A stretch of DNA of 64,000 nucleotides from an uncultured Planctomycetia bacterium (GTDB lineage: Bacteria > Omnitrophota > Gorgyraeia > Duberdicusellales > 4484-171): NCBI GenBank assembly GCA_964536865.1, contig CAZHYN010000003.1, forward strand, positions 9,822-73,821, read 5' to 3'. Of this stretch, positions 60,624-64,000 are shown one piece after another. Position 1 is the stretch's first letter. Every line of letters starts with the position of its first letter. The notes beneath the pieces were generated by a model. It was not told the origin of the DNA and made no database searches. It worked only from the letters and a program-made list of their open reading frames with translations. The translations under genes were made by a program, and so were the position numbers.

Positions 60624-60808
60624 TTCTGTTTTTCTCTAATTACAGTTAAAATTCTAGCTATATCTTTCTTTATCTGTTTAAATTGATGAGGTTTTTCTAC
60701 ATGAGCAGTCTTTTTCTTAAAATTTAATTCCATAAGTTTTCTTCTCAACTCTTCTAGTTTATCCTTCAATTCTTCCAAAGATAAATTCCTAATTTCTCGA
60801 GCTTTCAT
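60620..60808 (-). CDS. rpmC: 50S ribosomal protein L29
   Basis: 62-aa helical protein; position. Confidence 0.8.
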   Translation of the reverse strand: MKAREIRNLSLEELKDKLEELRRKLMELNFKKKTAHVEKPHQFKQIKKDIARILTVIREKQK

Positions 60809-61215
60809 TTTCTTCTAACTACAAATCTAGTTCTAAAAGGGAGCTTATAAGCAACTAATCTAAACGACTCTCGAGCGTACTCCTCAGGTATACCTCCTAA
60901 TTCAAATAGAATGGTTCCTCTCCGGACTACCGTTACCCATCCTTCTACTTCTCCTTTTCCCTTTCCCATACGTGATTCTGCTGGCTTCTTAGTTATAGGC
61001 TTATCAGGAAAAATTCTTATCCATAATTTTCCTCCTCGGCGTAATCGTCTAGTTAAGATTACTCTTGCTGCTTCAATTTGTGTGTTTTTAAGCCATCCAC
61101 ATTCTAAAGCCTTAAGCCCGTATTCACCGAAAGCTACACTATTCTCACTTTGTGCAATCCCTTTTCTTCTTCCTCTCTGACTCTTTCTGTATTTTACTCT
61201 CTTGGGTAGAAGCAT
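60805..61215 (-). CDS. rplP: 50S ribosomal protein L16
   Basis: [21 protein letters not shown]... Confidence 0.9.
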   Translation of the reverse strand: MLLPKRVKYRKSQRGRRKGIAQSENSVAFGEYGLKALECGWLKNTQIEAARVILTRRLRRGGKLWIRIFPDKPITKKPAESRMGKGKGEVEGWVTVVRRGTILFELGGIPEEYARESFRLVAYKLPFRTRFVVRRK

Positions 61216-61217
61216 TT

Positions 61218-61904
61218 TTAACCTTCTTCTTTCTCCTCTTTCTCTTGTTCTTCTTTTACAAGATAATATCCTAAGTTCTTTTCTCCTTTATATATCCATA
61301 CTTTAACTCCAATTGTACCATAAGTAGTCTTTGCTAAACCAAAACCATAATCAATGTCCGCTCTAAATGTCTGTAGGGGGACTTTACCATATTTGTAAGC
61401 TTCACTTCGGGCAATCTCCGCTCCTTCTAACCGTCCAGAACAGCGAATCTTTATACCTTGGCAACCTAGATTTACAGCTTGTTGAATCGCTCTCTTCATC
61501 GCTCTACGAAAATTCACTCTTTTGACAATTTGAAAGGCGATTATCTCCGCTACCAGCTGTGCCTCTAGAGCTGGTTCTAAGACTTCCTCTACATCAATTA
61601 TCGCTTCTTTTTTTGTTAATTCAGTTATTTCACCTTTAGTTCTCTCTATATCTTGACCACGTCTTCCAATAATTATTCCTGGTCGAGAAGTTCTTATCTT
61701 TATCTTAATTACATTGGTAGAGACTCGTTCTATAATTATTTTTGCAATAGAGCCTAAAGGATAATTTTTCTTTATCAGTTCTCTTATTCGCAAATCTTCT
61801 TCTAAAAAGTCCGCATATTCCCTTTTTCTTACTGTGAACCACTTTGATATCCAATCTTTACCAAAGCCTATCCTCAAAATATAGGGGTGAACCTTTTGCC
61901 CCAT
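61218..61904 (-). CDS. rpsC: 30S ribosomal protein S3
   Basis: Start placed at [14 protein letters not shown] (the track ORF carries a 36-codon upstream extension). KH and S3-C domains. Confidence 0.85.
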   Translation of the reverse strand: MGQKVHPYILRIGFGKDWISKWFTVRKREYADFLEEDLRIRELIKKNYPLGSIAKIIIERVSTNVIKIKIRTSRPGIIIGRRGQDIERTKGEITELTKKEAIIDVEEVLEPALEAQLVAEIIAFQIVKRVNFRRAMKRAIQQAVNLGCQGIKIRCSGRLEGAEIARSEAYKYGKVPLQTFRADIDYGFGLAKTTYGTIGVKVWIYKGEKNLGYYLVKEEQEKEEKEEG

Positions 61905-62260
61905 TACCTGCCTACCTTTTCTAATATTTTCTCCGAACTGTCTAACTCGATTAAAATATGTGAAGTTTTTCTCCTTATCATTGTAGCTCTGCCAAAACTT
62001 GCCGCACGCCAACGTTTAAGTACCGGTCCAGCATTGGTAGTAATTCTAGAAATAAATAACTTTTCTTCTTTAAAACCTTTATTCTTAGCGTTGGATATGG
62101 CGGAATTTAAAGCTTTATAGAGAAGCTTCGCTCCTTTTTTGCTCATATTTTGCAAAATGCTTTGTGCTTTTAAAATATCCTTACCTTTGATAAGTTCTGC
62201 TACTTGAGTTATTTTCCTAGGAGATATTCTTAAATATTTTATATATGCTCTTGCTACCAT
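61904..62260 (-). CDS. rplV: 50S ribosomal protein L22
   Basis: 118 aa; position between S19 and S3. Confidence 0.85.
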   Translation of the reverse strand: MVARAYIKYLRISPRKITQVAELIKGKDILKAQSILQNMSKKGAKLLYKALNSAISNAKNKGFKEEKLFISRITTNAGPVLKRWRAASFGRATMIRRKTSHILIELDSSEKILEKVGR

Positions 62261-62264
62261 AACT

Positions 62265-62552
62265 TTACTTTTTCTGAAGTGCTTTCTTTGCTTTTATGCC
62301 TCCATGTTGTCGAAAAGTTCGTGTAGGAGCAAATTCTCCCAATCTATGGCCTACCATCGCTTCAGTTACAAATACAGGTATATGTTTTTTTCCATCATGG
62401 ACAGCAAAAGTGAGTCCCACAAAGTCAGGGGTAATCATACTTGCTCTTGACCAGGTTTTAATAGGTTTTCTATCACCTGTCTCTTTTGCCTTTTTAATCT
62501 TCTTTAGTAACTTCTCATCTACAAAGGGTCCTTTCTTTAATGATCTTCCCAT
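62265..62552 (-). CDS. rpsS: 30S ribosomal protein S19
   Basis: [19 protein letters not shown]... Confidence 0.9.
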   Translation of the reverse strand: MGRSLKKGPFVDEKLLKKIKKAKETGDRKPIKTWSRASMITPDFVGLTFAVHDGKKHIPVFVTEAMVGHRLGEFAPTRTFRQHGGIKAKKALQKK

Positions 62553-62561
62553 AAATTACCT

Positions 62562-63407
62562 CTACTTTTTCTTTTTACTTCTTCTTTTAATGATATATTT
62601 GTTACTCATCTTATTAGGTTTTCTAGTCTTACTTCCTTTAGTAGGTTTCCCCCAAGGAGTAACAGGATGGGGGTTTCCCTGTCCAGCTTTACCTTCTCCT
62701 CCTCCATGAGGATGGTCTACTGGATTCATTGCTACACCTCTTACCTTAGGACGTCTTCCTAGCCAACGGACCTTTCCTGCTTTACCATGCATAAAAGAGC
62801 TGTGTTCAATATTACCCACCTGACCAACCGTAGCTCGACATTCCAAATTTATCAGTCTTATTTCTCCTGAAGACATTCGTATATGGGCAAATCCTTTCTC
62901 TTTAGCCATTACCTGTGCCCAACTTCCAGCACTCCTTATTAATTTTGCTCCTTTGCTCGGTTCCAGTTCTATATTATGGATAATGGTTCCTAAAGGAATA
63001 TATTTTAGTTTCATTGCATTTCCTGGTTTGATATCTATTTGGGAATCATAACTACTTAAAATTTTGTCTCCTACCTTTAATTCATTTGGCCATATTATGT
63101 ATCGTTTTTCTTTATCAGGATATTCAATAAGAGCTATACGAGCAGTTCTATTGGGATCGTATTCGATAGCAATTACTTCACCTTCTACATCAAACTTATC
63201 CCTTTTGAAGTCAATAATTCTATATCTTCGTTTGTGTCCTCCTCCCCTTCTCCTTATAGTAATTCTTCCGTAATTATTTCTTCCACCGGTTTTCTTCAAA
63301 GCTATTGTTAAGGCCTTTTCTGGTTTCTTTTTAGTAATTTCTGAGAAATTAGAAATTACTCTAAACCGCAGACTAGGAGTAACTGGTTTAAATTTTTTTA
63401 TTCCCAT
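62562..63407 (-). CDS. rplB: 50S ribosomal protein L2
   Basis: 281 aa; ...HPHGGGEGK... Confidence 0.9.
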   Translation of the reverse strand: MGIKKFKPVTPSLRFRVISNFSEITKKKPEKALTIALKKTGGRNNYGRITIRRRGGGHKRRYRIIDFKRDKFDVEGEVIAIEYDPNRTARIALIEYPDKEKRYIIWPNELKVGDKILSSYDSQIDIKPGNAMKLKYIPLGTIIHNIELEPSKGAKLIRSAGSWAQVMAKEKGFAHIRMSSGEIRLINLECRATVGQVGNIEHSSFMHGKAGKVRWLGRRPKVRGVAMNPVDHPHGGGEGKAGQGNPHPVTPWGKPTKGSKTRKPNKMSNKYIIKRRSKKKK

Positions 63408-63421
63408 ATTTACTTTTTCTA

Positions 63422-63703
63422 CTAAGTGATCTTAATCTCATAACCACTTTTTAATGTAACGATTGCTTTTTTCCAAGTAGGCGTTTTTCCTTCTTGATTC
63501 CATCTTATTCTTTTTGTTTTTCCCTTCACGTTCACAGTATTTATTTTTTCTATTTTAACATTATAAATTTTTTCTATAGCATTTTTGATTTCTATTTTAT
63601 TAGCTTTTCTATCTACCCAGAAAGAATACTTATTATATTTTCCTAGTTTGGTAACTTTCTCCGTAAGCAATGGCGATTTAACTACAGTATAAATACTTTT
63701 CAT
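63422..63703 (-). CDS. rplW: 50S ribosomal protein L23
   Basis: 93 aa; S10-operon position. Confidence 0.85.
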   Translation of the reverse strand: MKSIYTVVKSPLLTEKVTKLGKYNKYSFWVDRKANKIEIKNAIEKIYNVKIEKINTVNVKGKTKRIRWNQEGKTPTWKKAIVTLKSGYEIKIT

Positions 63704-64000
63704 GAGAGAAACTTCTTTATCCTTTCTTGAATATTTTCTAAAGCTTGTTTAGTAAAGATTATTTTTTTGCAATCTAAAGCTGTATAAGCATTTAGATTAT
63801 TGGAAGTTTCTGTATTAATCATCTTTAGGTTCCTAGAAGCTAGTTTTAAATTTTTTTCTATTATAGGAACTACTAGTTTTACTCTTTGAGAATTAACTTT
63901 CAGTTTCCTTAGAATAGAAAGAAGTGATTTTGTTTTGTAGTTTTCTAAATTGATGCTATCTACAACTATTATTTCTTTATCTTTTAGCTTAGCATTGAGT
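63700..64000 (-). CDS. rplD: 50S ribosomal protein L4, C-terminal part (gene runs off the window end)
   Basis: Reading frame ends ...[14 protein letters not shown] with its TGA overlapping the rplW ATG. Confidence 0.7.
   Translation of the reverse strand, partial: LNAKLKDKEIIVVDSINLENYKTKSLLSILRKLKVNSQRVKLVVPIIEKNLKLASRNLKMINTETSNNLNAYTALDCKKIIFTKQALENIQERIKKFLS

Noticed and set aside
39418-63273. Remaining antisense/nested track ORFs (39418..39618, 43093..43389, 43892..44395, 45298..45612, 45954..46427, 49912..50130, 50389..50652, 53071..53412, 55824..56033, 56963..57199, 58360..58647, 58981..59166, 59435..59662, 60131..60370, 60911..61180, 61887..62120, 62296..62709, 63064..63273)
   Set aside because: Each lies inside, and mostly antisense to, a conserved glycolipid, TCA/Leu or ribosomal gene. 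They are typical shadow ORFs of AT-rich coding sequence.

Overview
This is an AT-rich (roughly one-third GC) bacterial chromosomal segment that is coded almost entirely on the minus strand. I found no rRNA, tRNA, tmRNA or CRISPR array.

Left part (1-17 kb): a partial aspartokinase, CstA, an archaeal-type phosphoglycerate mutase (ApgM) and an IS256-family element. These are followed by an unbroken co-directional string PilZ - GalT-like x2 - gap - pgk - tpiA - secG - oppABCDF.

Middle part (17-43 kb): an oxidative-stress/iron island with rubredoxin (a small ORF missing from the ORF track), PduO-type adenosyltransferase, SPL-like radical SAM, OsmC, NifU-like, rubrerythrin (frameshifted), an FNR-like remnant, Pcm, bacterioferritin, TrmO and a B12-binding radical SAM. 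Next comes a 1.9-kb ORF-free region holding an 8-bp tandem array and a GC-rich structured repeat that recurs upstream of pcm. After that: an outer-membrane beta-barrel protein, a DtxR-FeoA-FeoA-FeoB operon with IdeR/DtxR-type iron boxes, and two nested ISL3-family copies next to a decayed amtB-glnK operon. A GAF-ANTAR regulator sits upstream of the decayed amtB. Beyond it lie a glycosyltransferase/acyltransferase (glycolipid/LPS-type) cluster and a REC + GAF-HD-GYP pair.

Right part (43-64 kb): Lpd-like reductase, Mdh, IDH/IPMDH-family dehydrogenase, LeuD-like, an orphan PilT, LeuC-like and an aminotransferase. The window ends with the conserved ribosomal supercluster rplQ-rpoA-rpsD-rpsK-rpsM-rpmJ-infA-map-adk-secY-rplO-rpsE-rplR-rplF-rpsH-rpsZ-rplE-rplX-rplN-rpsQ-rpmC-rplP-rpsC-rplV-rpsS-rplB-rplW-rplD(partial).

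Several apparent frameshifts fall exactly in A/T homopolymer runs (rubrerythrin, FNR-like, glnK, amt start). Gene decay and sequencing error therefore cannot be separated from sequence alone.
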